This document shows, piece after piece, positions 26,420 through 34,975 of a DNA stretch of 64,000 nt; position 1 is the stretch's first letter; each line of letters starts with the position of its first letter. Source of the DNA: a bacterium (GTDB lineage: Bacteria > Patescibacteriota > Patescibacteriia > Patescibacteriales > UBA12465); the NCBI GenBank assembly GCA_035400585.1, contig DAOMZR010000001.1, forward strand, positions 191,347-255,346, in the 5' to 3' direction. Below the pieces are notes generated by a model. The model did no database searches. It was not told the DNA's origin and was given only the letters and a program-made list of their open reading frames with translations. A program made the translations under genes and the position numbers.

Positions 26420-27916
26420 TTATTTTTTTGAAAGTTTAAATGAATTTATAAGATATAATATTTCATCTTTTTTAAATCCACCAGAAAAAAATAATAACAA
26501 AAAATAAATAATAGCTGCTAAAAAACAAAGCAAAAAAATATTCAAATAATCAACTAAAACAAACACAAAAACGCCCATTAAAACCGAAGAAAACAAAATT
26601 TTGGAAAAAACCAACAAATTATCCTTTAATTTGTAATTAATTATTTTTTTAACCTCAAAAATTCCCAAAATAAACATTAAAAAATTACTAAGCAAAACAA
26701 CCAAAGAGGCTCCAACAACTTTAAATTGAGGGATCAATAAAAAATTTAAAACAATTGAAAACACCAAAACAATCAACATGTTTCTGGTGTTTACAGATTG
26801 TCGATCACAGGCGTTAAGTAGTGATCCTATTGGAAAATTTAAAAAAATAAATATTAGTGAAACTATTGAAATTTTAAGGGGTAAATTAGCTTCAGTATAT
26901 CCATCTTTGAAAATCGTGATGATTTGATCCGACAGTAAAAATATTCCCAAGGATATCGGAATAGAAATCAAAAGTAAATAATCAATTGAACGACGAAAAG
27001 TTGTTTTTAATTGTTCCCTATTATTCTTCCAATAATAACTCATAGCCGGATAAAGAGAGGCTGTAAAGGCCATGGGCAGAAACTGCAAGGCAAATATTAT
27101 TTTGAAAGATACTTGATATATGCCAACAAAATAATCACCAGAAAAAAAAGAAAGCAAAACTGAATCTAGATAAGTATAAAGTCTCTGAAATATTCCAAAC
27201 AAAGCAAAAGGCAGGCTTGATAAAATTATTTTTTTTATAAAAGCAAAATCAAAACAAATTTTAATTGGTAATTTTATTTTATATTTTAATATGAGAAAAG
27301 AATAAATAAAATTAAAAATACTAGCCAAAACCAGCGAAGACATAATTATTTTTAAATCCATTTTTAAATAGATAAAAAAATAACCAAAACACAAAACTAT
27401 TAGTTGAAAAATAACCGAGGAAATGCTTTCAAATTTAAGATTATGGAAGCCACGAGCTGAACCAAAAAAGGTTAAAGTAAAAGAATCAAGAATCATGCAA
27501 ACGGAAGATATATAAACTAATTGTTTGCTTAAAATATCATAATTACCTAAAATATTGATAAACAATACAACAGCCAATAAAGTCAGAAAGCTAAAGATAA
27601 TTTTCATCCCTAAAATATTTGACAACAACCTATTAGCCCCACTTTGATCCTTGGCTGTCTCTCTAGTTAGATAGTTTACCAATCCAAAATCAATAAAAAT
27701 AGCAAAAATAGTGGTAAAAGAAATAGCAAAATAATATTTACCCAAAAATTCGGGATCTAAATTTCTAGCCAGTATAACAAAATACAAAAAAGAAATAACT
27801 TTTTGAATTACTAAGGCCAGTGTCAAATAAGAGGTGTTTTTTGCTATATTTTTTATTTTATTATCATTTTCCATAATATAATCAATTATAACACAAAAAA
27901 AGGCAAAAACAAACAA
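26420..27916 (-). CDS. Wzx-type polysaccharide flippase (MOP superfamily)
   Basis: About 14 TM helices. N-terminal NIAKNTSYLTLALVIQKVISFLYFVILAR. The true start may be the MENDNK methionine at 27874. Confidence 0.7.
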   Translation of the reverse strand: MFVFAFFCVIIDYIMENDNKIKNIAKNTSYLTLALVIQKVISFLYFVILARNLDPEFLGKYYFAISFTTIFAIFIDFGLVNYLTRETAKDQSGANRLLSNILGMKIIFSFLTLLAVVLFINILGNYDILSKQLVYISSVCMILDSFTLTFFGSARGFHNLKFESISSVIFQLIVLCFGYFFIYLKMDLKIIMSSLVLASIFNFIYSFLILKYKIKLPIKICFDFAFIKKIILSSLPFALFGIFQRLYTYLDSVLLSFFSGDYFVGIYQVSFKIIFALQFLPMAFTASLYPAMSYYWKNNREQLKTTFRRSIDYLLLISIPISLGIFLLSDQIITIFKDGYTEANLPLKISIVSLIFIFLNFPIGSLLNACDRQSVNTRNMLIVLVFSIVLNFLLIPQFKVVGASLVVLLSNFLMFILGIFEVKKIINYKLKDNLLVFSKILFSSVLMGVFVFVLVDYLNIFLLCFLAAIIYFLLLFFSGGFKKDEILYLINSFKLSKK

Positions 27917-28006
27917 ATTTATGATAAATTTAAGAAGAATTTATCTAAACTATTCTAGAATAATTAAAATTAAAATTAAAAACATCAATCTAATATCAAT
28001 ATTTTA

Positions 28007-28702
28007 TTGATGTTAAAAATTATGAAAATTTTGGTGGTTGATGACGACAAAAAAATTAATCAATTACTAAGTGCTTCTCTAAAAAGAGAATTGTTTACAG
28101 TTGATGTTGCTGAAAACGGCCGAGACGGTTTGTATATGTATCAAACAAATCACTATGATTTAATTTTGGTTGATTACAATCTGCCCATAGAAAACGGAGA
28201 GTATTTAGTTGAAGAAATTAGAAAAATAGATAAAAAAATACCAATAATAATGTTAACAGTGGAAGGAAGTCAAGAAATGAAAAATAAATTATTTAATTTG
28301 GAAGTCGATGATTATATTACCAAGCCATTTGTTTTCGAAGATCTTTTAAGTAGAATAAAGGCTGTTACGCGCAGACCGCAAGAAATAAAAAGCAGAATTT
28401 ATCAAATTGATGATCTTTATGTCGATGTTGAAAAACATCAAGCAAAAAGAGGCAAGGAAAAAATATATTTAACATTTAAAGAATTAACCCTTTTGGAATT
28501 CTTCTTAAAAAATCAAGGAAAAATTCTATCGAGAACTGTTTTGATGGAAAACGTTTGGGATTTTAATGCTGATCCATTTTCCAACACCATAGAATCACAT
28601 ATTTTAAAAATTAGAAAAAAAATAAATCCCACTCAATGTAAGCGGGATTTAATTCATACTATTAAAGGAAGGGGTTATAAGATGGATACGAGTAAATGGT
28701 AG
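28007..28702 (+). CDS. OmpR-family response regulator (receiver plus winged-helix)
   Basis: MKILVVDDD, DLILVDYNLP and ITKPF receiver motifs. C-terminal LTFKELTLLEFF...IHTIKGRGYK. The probable start is the ATG at 28022. No histidine kinase nearby. Confidence 0.85.
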   Translation: MMLKIMKILVVDDDKKINQLLSASLKRELFTVDVAENGRDGLYMYQTNHYDLILVDYNLPIENGEYLVEEIRKIDKKIPIIMLTVEGSQEMKNKLFNLEVDDYITKPFVFEDLLSRIKAVTRRPQEIKSRIYQIDDLYVDVEKHQAKRGKEKIYLTFKELTLLEFFLKNQGKILSRTVLMENVWDFNADPFSNTIESHILKIRKKINPTQCKRDLIHTIKGRGYKMDTSKW

Positions 28703-29509
28703 CTACAAAACAACTTTTTCCACCTCATCTATTGAGTGACCAAGAAAAAATTCCCCTAACTCTTTAAATTTTTCAACACTATCGGTAGCACAAAATTGAT
28801 ACCTGGGTTTTATTTTCTTTTGAATATTTAGCTCAGGATGTCGATTTAAATAATCAAAAAGACTATCACTGATTATTTTTTCAGTATTAAGAACATAGCA
28901 CCTCTTCCCCATTATTCTTTTTATATCATTTAATAAAAAAGGGTAATGGGTACAGGCCAAAACCAAAGCCTCAACTTGTTTCATTTTTAAATATCTCAAA
29001 TACTTTTTTAGAATCATTTTAGTTTCTGGCTTTTTAATCCAGCCCTCCTCGATTAAAGGAACAAGCAAGGGGGTAGCTTTCTGAAAAATTTCCAAATCAT
29101 CCCTAAAAACTTTTATTTCATCATTGTATATATTAGAATTGACCGTTGCTTTCGTTCCTATAATTCCAACTTTTTTAATTTTTTTGAGTCGAGCTATTTC
29201 TTCGGCGATTGGTCTAATAACACCTAAAATTTTTAAATCCGGGTATTTGTTGGGCAGATATTCTTGCTGAATTTTTCTTAATGCTTGAGCTGAGGCGCTA
29301 TTACAAGCTATAATTATTAGCTTACAACCTCGAGAATACAAAAAATCAACCGCCTTTACCACATAAGAATAAATGGTTTCCATTGATTTATTACCATAAG
29401 GAACATTAGCATTGTCACCCAAATAAATATAATCATAATCAGGATGATCTTTTAAAAATCCCCTTAAAACTGTTAATCCCCCAACACCCGAATCAAAAAC
29501 TCCGATCAT
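28703..29509 (-). CDS. murI: Glutamate racemase
   Basis: IGVFDSGVGGLTV, IIACNSASA and LACTHYPFL motifs. Confidence 0.92.
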   Translation of the reverse strand: MIGVFDSGVGGLTVLRGFLKDHPDYDYIYLGDNANVPYGNKSMETIYSYVVKAVDFLYSRGCKLIIIACNSASAQALRKIQQEYLPNKYPDLKILGVIRPIAEEIARLKKIKKVGIIGTKATVNSNIYNDEIKVFRDDLEIFQKATPLLVPLIEEGWIKKPETKMILKKYLRYLKMKQVEALVLACTHYPFLLNDIKRIMGKRCYVLNTEKIISDSLFDYLNRHPELNIQKKIKPRYQFCATDSVEKFKELGEFFLGHSIDEVEKVVL

Positions 29510-29511
29510 AA

Positions 29512-30306
29512 TTATTTTCTATCGTTTTTTATTTTATAATTTAAAGTTAATTCAAGACTAACTTCATGAGATCCACTATTTATAACTGGATTTCCACCAC
29601 CACCCATACCACCGTAATAAGAATAATCATAATAAGGAGATGGATTAATAACGTTTTCCCACCAACCAACAATTTCATCTAAAGAAACTCCAACGGCTTG
29701 AGATAAAACAGTAGCCTTGGATTTAGCATCTTTTATAGCTAAAAGCCTAGCTTCTTGTTTTAAATCTTCTATCTTAGAGCTTTCAAAAGAAACACCTAAA
29801 ACCTGATTAGCTCCAGCTTTAGCTGATTCAGAAACTACTTGATTTAGTATATTAAAATTTTCATCAACTCCTTTAACTTTAACTATAACTTGTTGATTGG
29901 CATTATATCCACTTAAGTTATTTATCCCCTCTACATAATCATAGTAAGGATATAAAGAATAAGTTTGGTTTTTAATATCTTTAGGATCAATACCCAATCC
30001 AGTTACAGCAGTTATTATTTTAGCAACTTTTTCATTTAACATGCTTAAAGCCTCTTCGGCTGTTTTAGCTTTATCAATTTGAACTCCTAAGGTAACGTTG
30101 GCAATATCTGGTTGATAAGAAACCTTTCCCTGTCCGATAACAGAAACTTGATTAGGAAAATTATTAACAATTTTATCTCTCAAAATAGAAACCACCACAA
30201 TCCCTGATAAGGCTAATATTAAAACCATGGCGGCTATCCATTTGGCTGTTTTGTTCTTACCAGAACAAAGACAAACTTCTTTTTTTTCTTTTAGATTTTC
30301 ACTCAT
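29512..30306 (-). CDS. SIMPL/DUF541-family membrane-anchored protein
   Basis: N-terminal TM, then VSVIGQGKVSYQPDIANVTLGV...AKTAEEAL pattern. Gly-rich insert near the C-terminus. Confidence 0.6.
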   Translation of the reverse strand: MSENLKEKKEVCLCSGKNKTAKWIAAMVLILALSGIVVVSILRDKIVNNFPNQVSVIGQGKVSYQPDIANVTLGVQIDKAKTAEEALSMLNEKVAKIITAVTGLGIDPKDIKNQTYSLYPYYDYVEGINNLSGYNANQQVIVKVKGVDENFNILNQVVSESAKAGANQVLGVSFESSKIEDLKQEARLLAIKDAKSKATVLSQAVGVSLDEIVGWWENVINPSPYYDYSYYGGMGGGGNPVINSGSHEVSLELTLNYKIKNDRK

Positions 30307-30385
30307 ATTTTTAAATACTTCTTTTTAAAAACAAAAAATTTTTAAAAAAGAAGTTAATAATAATTATAATTTTATAATAACTTAT

Positions 30386-31060
30386 TTATGATAATTTAAA
30401 ATTATTAATTGTTAATACAAAATTGTAATTCAAAAATTCAGCTGCTTTACGACAAAAAACCATTCTGTCATTAAATATTTCAAAATATTCCATAACTCCG
30501 GTTACTTTAGTGTCAATTTTCAATTTCAAAATAATTTCTTTTTTTGCTCTATTAACCTTAAAAGCTGACTCTATAACCGAATAATTAACTCGATCATGGA
30601 TATCTTCCTTTAAATTTTCTGGTGTTTTATTTTTAACTCTATTTCGATGAACATCTGATTTATCGGCTAAAACCAATATAGCACCTATTTTATTAACAAT
30701 TTCATTTTCGTGCTCATCGTGATTAGCTATGGCTTGCATTACTTCTAAAATATCTTTAGTTTCCTGACTACTTCTAGAATTAGATAGAAAAAATTGAGAA
30801 AAAAGCATGGCGCCAGTATAAGGATGACCCGTTCTTTGTAAAAAATTACCCATATCATGACAATAACCAGCAATAGCTGCTAATTGTTGCTCTCTTTCGT
30901 CTAGTCCGATATTTTTAGCTAAACTTTTGGCTCTGTCGGAAACCAAATTCAAGTGACGAGGACCATGATCGGTGTATCCCAAATAATTTAAATACTCTTC
31001 TGTTTTTTTTATGGAATAAACAACCCCTGAATGTTTTTTAATCTCTTCTAAACTCAACAT
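30386..31060 (-). CDS. HD-domain phosphohydrolase-like protein
   Basis: H...HD signature (GPRHLNLV ... GYCHDMGN ... ANHDEHE). Confidence 0.65.
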   Translation of the reverse strand: MLSLEEIKKHSGVVYSIKKTEEYLNYLGYTDHGPRHLNLVSDRAKSLAKNIGLDEREQQLAAIAGYCHDMGNFLQRTGHPYTGAMLFSQFFLSNSRSSQETKDILEVMQAIANHDEHENEIVNKIGAILVLADKSDVHRNRVKNKTPENLKEDIHDRVNYSVIESAFKVNRAKKEIILKLKIDTKVTGVMEYFEIFNDRMVFCRKAAEFLNYNFVLTINNFKLS

Positions 31061-31075
31061 AAATTTATAATAAAA

Positions 31076-32119
31076 TTAATTTTTAATTAAACCGTGGGCC
31101 ACACTTTCTTTTAAACCAGAGCCAGTAATTTCAATGAAATCAGCTTTTCCCTTTACTCTTTCGATGTTATCAGCTCCCATATAAGTCATGCCAGAAGCCA
31201 AACCACCTAAAAATTTATTAACTATTGGAATAACTGATCCTTTATATTCAATTGTTGTCATTTCCCCCTCTACGTGAACAACTTCATCTTTTTTCTTTCC
31301 ATCCAGGGCCATTTTTTTAACAGTTGCCAAATAACTAGCCATTCCTCTATATTCCTTATATTTTTTACCATTCTTTGTAATAATTTTACCGGGAGTTTCT
31401 TTTGTTCCTGAAAAAATAGAACCACTCATAACAGTATCAGCTCCAGCACCTATTGCCTTAACTATATCACCGGGATTTTTAATACCGCCATCGGCGCAAA
31501 CCGGAACTCTTCCTTGGCTAGCTTCATAAACATCCATAATAGCTGTAATTTGTGGAACGCCGGCACCAGCCATAATTCTGGTAGTGCACATTGAGCCAGG
31601 ACCAATGCCAACCTTTATAGCATCGGCTTTTTTGTTTATAAAATATTCAGCCGCATCTTTAGTGGCGATATTTCCAACCATTATATCTATTTTGGGATAT
31701 TTTTCTTTTAAATAATCTAAAGTTTTACCAACCCTCTTAGAATGACCGTGAGCTACATCCAAAACCAAAATATCAACGCCAGAATCAGCTAAAGCCTTAA
31801 CTCTTTCCTCATAATCTTTAACACCTAGAGCCGCAGCGGCTAAAAGATTTTCTTTCTTTATTTTTTTTATTTCTTTGGCTTGATTAGAGATAGTCATAAA
31901 TCTGTGAACAACACCCAGGCCACCCATCTTTCCGACAGCAATAGCCATTTCACTTTCACAAACTGTATCCATGTTTGCTACTAGCAGTGGGATATCTAAA
32001 AAATGATTTTTGGTAACTTTTGTTCTAAAAGAAACATCTTTACGAGAATTAACTCTATTGTATTTTGGGACAAGCAAAACATCATCAAAAGAATATCCCT
32101 TTCCAATAATTCTAGCCAT
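31076..32119 (-). CDS. IMP dehydrogenase/GMP reductase family enzyme lacking the CBS subdomain
   Basis: [17 protein letters not shown] and catalytic loop [11 protein letters not shown]. At 347 aa there is no room for a CBS pair. Confidence 0.8.
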   Translation of the reverse strand: MARIIGKGYSFDDVLLVPKYNRVNSRKDVSFRTKVTKNHFLDIPLLVANMDTVCESEMAIAVGKMGGLGVVHRFMTISNQAKEIKKIKKENLLAAAALGVKDYEERVKALADSGVDILVLDVAHGHSKRVGKTLDYLKEKYPKIDIMVGNIATKDAAEYFINKKADAIKVGIGPGSMCTTRIMAGAGVPQITAIMDVYEASQGRVPVCADGGIKNPGDIVKAIGAGADTVMSGSIFSGTKETPGKIITKNGKKYKEYRGMASYLATVKKMALDGKKKDEVVHVEGEMTTIEYKGSVIPIVNKFLGGLASGMTYMGADNIERVKGKADFIEITGSGLKESVAHGLIKN

Positions 32120-32123
32120 AATT

Positions 32124-32699
32124 TTATTTAATTATTTTTATAATTTTATTTATTGATTTTTCAAAAATGTTAATTTTAAAATTATTGTTATTCTTTTCAA
32201 TTGATCCAAAAAGCTTGGTCTTAACATTTTTGATTCCGCAAAATTTTAATATACCTCTCAAAGTTTTAGTTGCTAAATTACCAATAAAAAAATAATAAAT
32301 ACTAGGGGCACCAGAAGTGCAAACCAAAATTGATTTTTTCCCCAATAACAATCTATCTGGTAATTTTCCATTAGGATTATTATATTTAAAAGCAAACCCC
32401 GGCAAAAAAGTTCTATCAATAAAACCCTTTAAAACAGCCGGAAAACTGTACCACCAGATTGGGAAAATAAAAATTAAATAATCAGCCCAAAGAATGTCTG
32501 ATTGAGCTAATCTTAAATCTGGCTCTAATTCTTGAATTTCCTTATAACCATTTTTTAGGTTAGAATTAAAATTTAATTCACCTAAATTTATTCTTCTAAT
32601 TTCCAATTTATTTTTTAATTTGTCTTCAAAAATATCAGCCAACTTACCGTTAAAACTATTTTTATCTGGATGACCCAAAATCAGTAAAACTTTTTTCAT
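32124..32699 (-). CDS. Flavodoxin-like fold NAD(P)H dehydrogenase (quinone)/FMN reductase family
   Basis: MKKVLLILGHPDKNSFN ... FIFPIWWYSFPAVLKGFIDR pattern. Confidence 0.75.
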   Translation of the reverse strand: MKKVLLILGHPDKNSFNGKLADIFEDKLKNKLEIRRINLGELNFNSNLKNGYKEIQELEPDLRLAQSDILWADYLIFIFPIWWYSFPAVLKGFIDRTFLPGFAFKYNNPNGKLPDRLLLGKKSILVCTSGAPSIYYFFIGNLATKTLRGILKFCGIKNVKTKLFGSIEKNNNNFKINIFEKSINKIIKIIK

Positions 32700-32700
32700 A

Positions 32701-33186
32701 TTAATTTAACAAATAAATTGAATAGGCTAAATAAGTTGCAAAAGCTACCCACAAAAAATAAGGTATAAGTAAAATTGCTGATGATTTATATCCTCTCCAA
32801 AGCATTAAAATTAAAACTAAATTAACAAAATTTAAAAACAACATTTCAATAACAGACCAGAAAATTAAATGCCAAGAGAAAAATAAAACTGACCAAAAAA
32901 CATTTAAAATTCCATTTAAAACAAATAAGGAAATAATTATATAAAAAAACAAACTTTTTCTATTCGTCTTTGAATTGTTAGAAAAAAGTAAAATTGAGAT
33001 AGCTGATAAAATAAAAATAATAGTCCAAACAATACCGATAACCGATCCATGCGGAGTAAATGACGGTAAATTGATAGCATCATACCAATCCATTCCACCA
33101 CCAGTAAAATAACCGCCGATCAAAGAAACAGACAAAACGCCTAGTGGTGTTAACAAATAATTAACTTTTAACCCCCTAGTTTTCAT
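32701..33186 (-). CDS. TspO/MBR family (tryptophan-rich sensory protein)
   Basis: Five TM helices. WYDAINLPSFTPHGSVIGIVWTIIF and W-rich helices. Confidence 0.75.
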   Translation of the reverse strand: MKTRGLKVNYLLTPLGVLSVSLIGGYFTGGGMDWYDAINLPSFTPHGSVIGIVWTIIFILSAISILLFSNNSKTNRKSLFFYIIISLFVLNGILNVFWSVLFFSWHLIFWSVIEMLFLNFVNLVLILMLWRGYKSSAILLIPYFLWVAFATYLAYSIYLLN

Positions 33187-33309
33187 AAGTTTGAAATTAA
33201 TAATAATATCCCAGCTAATTATAGCAAAAAAAAATTAAATTGTCATTAACAAAAGAACTAATTTTAACAAGATGTTTTTTGCATTATTTTACAAAAAAAT
33301 TAGATAAAA

Positions 33310-33789
33310 CTAACTATTAAAAAAATTATTTATTAGTAATCCCAAATAATAAGAAATTAAAATTACCACGGTTGCTATTAGCAAATGTTCAAAAACAACG
33401 CTAAAATTTTTTCTTTCCTCTTCGTTGCTTATTTTATAACTCAAAACTGAAAGAATTATTACTCCCCAAACAATTGAGATTAAAATAGAAGTTGAAAGTT
33501 TAAAAAATATAAATGGAATTAAAAAACTTAAAGCAAAAATCGCCTTGGTTAAAAAAGTAGCTATAGTAGCTTCCCAAACATGACGAGTACTGTTTTCCTT
33601 ATTTGATTCTTCAGAAATATGAACTCCTAGGGAATCCGAAAAAGCATCGGCCAGTGCTATTACTAAAATACCAGAAATAACTGCTAACTTTGATCCGGTG
33701 CTAGAATTAAGTCCAACCATCAGTCCCAAGGTTGTTATAACCGCCGACGTTAATCCGAAGCTTAAACCTTTTTTAAGAGAATTTTTCAT
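33310..33789 (-). CDS. Small VIT1/CCC1-like membrane protein (tentative)
   Basis: GLSFGLTSAVITTLGLMVG and ALADAFSDSLGVHISEES resemble the VIT family. 4-nt overlap with uvrC. Confidence 0.45.
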   Translation of the reverse strand: MKNSLKKGLSFGLTSAVITTLGLMVGLNSSTGSKLAVISGILVIALADAFSDSLGVHISEESNKENSTRHVWEATIATFLTKAIFALSFLIPFIFFKLSTSILISIVWGVIILSVLSYKISNEEERKNFSVVFEHLLIATVVILISYYLGLLINNFFNS

Positions 33790-34934
33790 ATTTTTTTGGC
33801 TTTTTTTCTGGCAAGATTGGCAAAGCGATGTGCCTCATCTCGAGCTTTTAAAAGTATTAATTTAATATCTAAAACTTCCTTTTTGAATTTTTTATCTACA
33901 TTTTTTAAAAAAATTATTTCATCACCAGCAAACTTAGATAAACCAACTACATTTTTTATTTTATATTTTTCAAAAATTTCTTTCAAGAAATCAAGCTGAG
34001 GACGACCACCATCTATTAAAAATAAATCAGGATACATCCATTCTTTGTGTTTCAATCTTCTCTCCAACGTTTCAGTTAAAGCACGAAAATCATCATGTAA
34101 GTAATTATTTTTAATTTTAAACAAACGATAGTCATTTTTTTGATATTCACCTTCAAAATCAACAACAATCATAGAACCATAAGTTTCTTTTCCAGAAAAA
34201 TGAGAAATATCATAAGCCTCTATTCTTTTAAAATTATTTTGTTCTAAGTTTTTTTCATTTTCTATTAAAGAAACATCTTGTAAATGTTTTAAAGCTTTAA
34301 GTTGTTCTGGGTTTTCTTGTGAAAGTTTTTTTATTAAATACTCTTTTTTTCCAGATAAAAGTAAAATAATATTTTTGATATTTTTCTGATAATCTTTTTT
34401 ATTTATTTTGCCCAAACACGACCCCGGACAAAGCCCAACTTGATAATCAAAGCATGGCTTGCCCGAATTAGCCTTGCAAGTTCCATAAGGAAAAATTCGT
34501 CTAATAATCCTTAAAGCATTTTTAATTAAAGTAAAAGATTGATAGGGACCAAAAATTTGATTATTCTTGTCTTGATATTTTTGCAAATCTTTACCTCTAA
34601 TAATTACAGGGTAAGTAAAATCTTTTTTAGCAATAACAATATAAATAAAAGACCGGTCATCACGATCTTTGATATTGTATTTTGGCCAATATTTTTTAAT
34701 GTACTTAGCCTCTAGAATAATTGCTTCCAGCAAGGTTTTAGTTTCGATGGTCTTAATTTTTTTGGCCTGAAAAACCATTTCCTTGATTCTGGGTTCAACG
34801 TTGGATAAAAAATACTGACTTAATCTATTTTTCAGATTAGTAGCTCGACCAACATACAAAACCTTTCCTCGATTATCAAGCCAGAAATAAACACCGGAAC
34901 TTTTGGATATTTTTTGTAATTGATTTTTAAACAT
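33786..34934 (-). CDS. uvrC: Compact excinuclease UvrC (GIY-YIG, Cys region and RNase H-like endonuclease; no UVR or HhH2 domains)
   Basis: SGVYFWLDNRGKVLYVGRATNLKNRLSQYF, PCFDYQVGLCPGSC, IEAYDISHFSG, LIDGGRPQL and RDEAHRFA. Only 382 aa against about 600 typically. Confidence 0.85.
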   Translation of the reverse strand: MFKNQLQKISKSSGVYFWLDNRGKVLYVGRATNLKNRLSQYFLSNVEPRIKEMVFQAKKIKTIETKTLLEAIILEAKYIKKYWPKYNIKDRDDRSFIYIVIAKKDFTYPVIIRGKDLQKYQDKNNQIFGPYQSFTLIKNALRIIRRIFPYGTCKANSGKPCFDYQVGLCPGSCLGKINKKDYQKNIKNIILLLSGKKEYLIKKLSQENPEQLKALKHLQDVSLIENEKNLEQNNFKRIEAYDISHFSGKETYGSMIVVDFEGEYQKNDYRLFKIKNNYLHDDFRALTETLERRLKHKEWMYPDLFLIDGGRPQLDFLKEIFEKYKIKNVVGLSKFAGDEIIFLKNVDKKFKKEVLDIKLILLKARDEAHRFANLARKKAKKI

Positions 34935-34975
34935 AAAAACGCTCTCAATACTTATTCAAATAAAAAACTAAGAAA

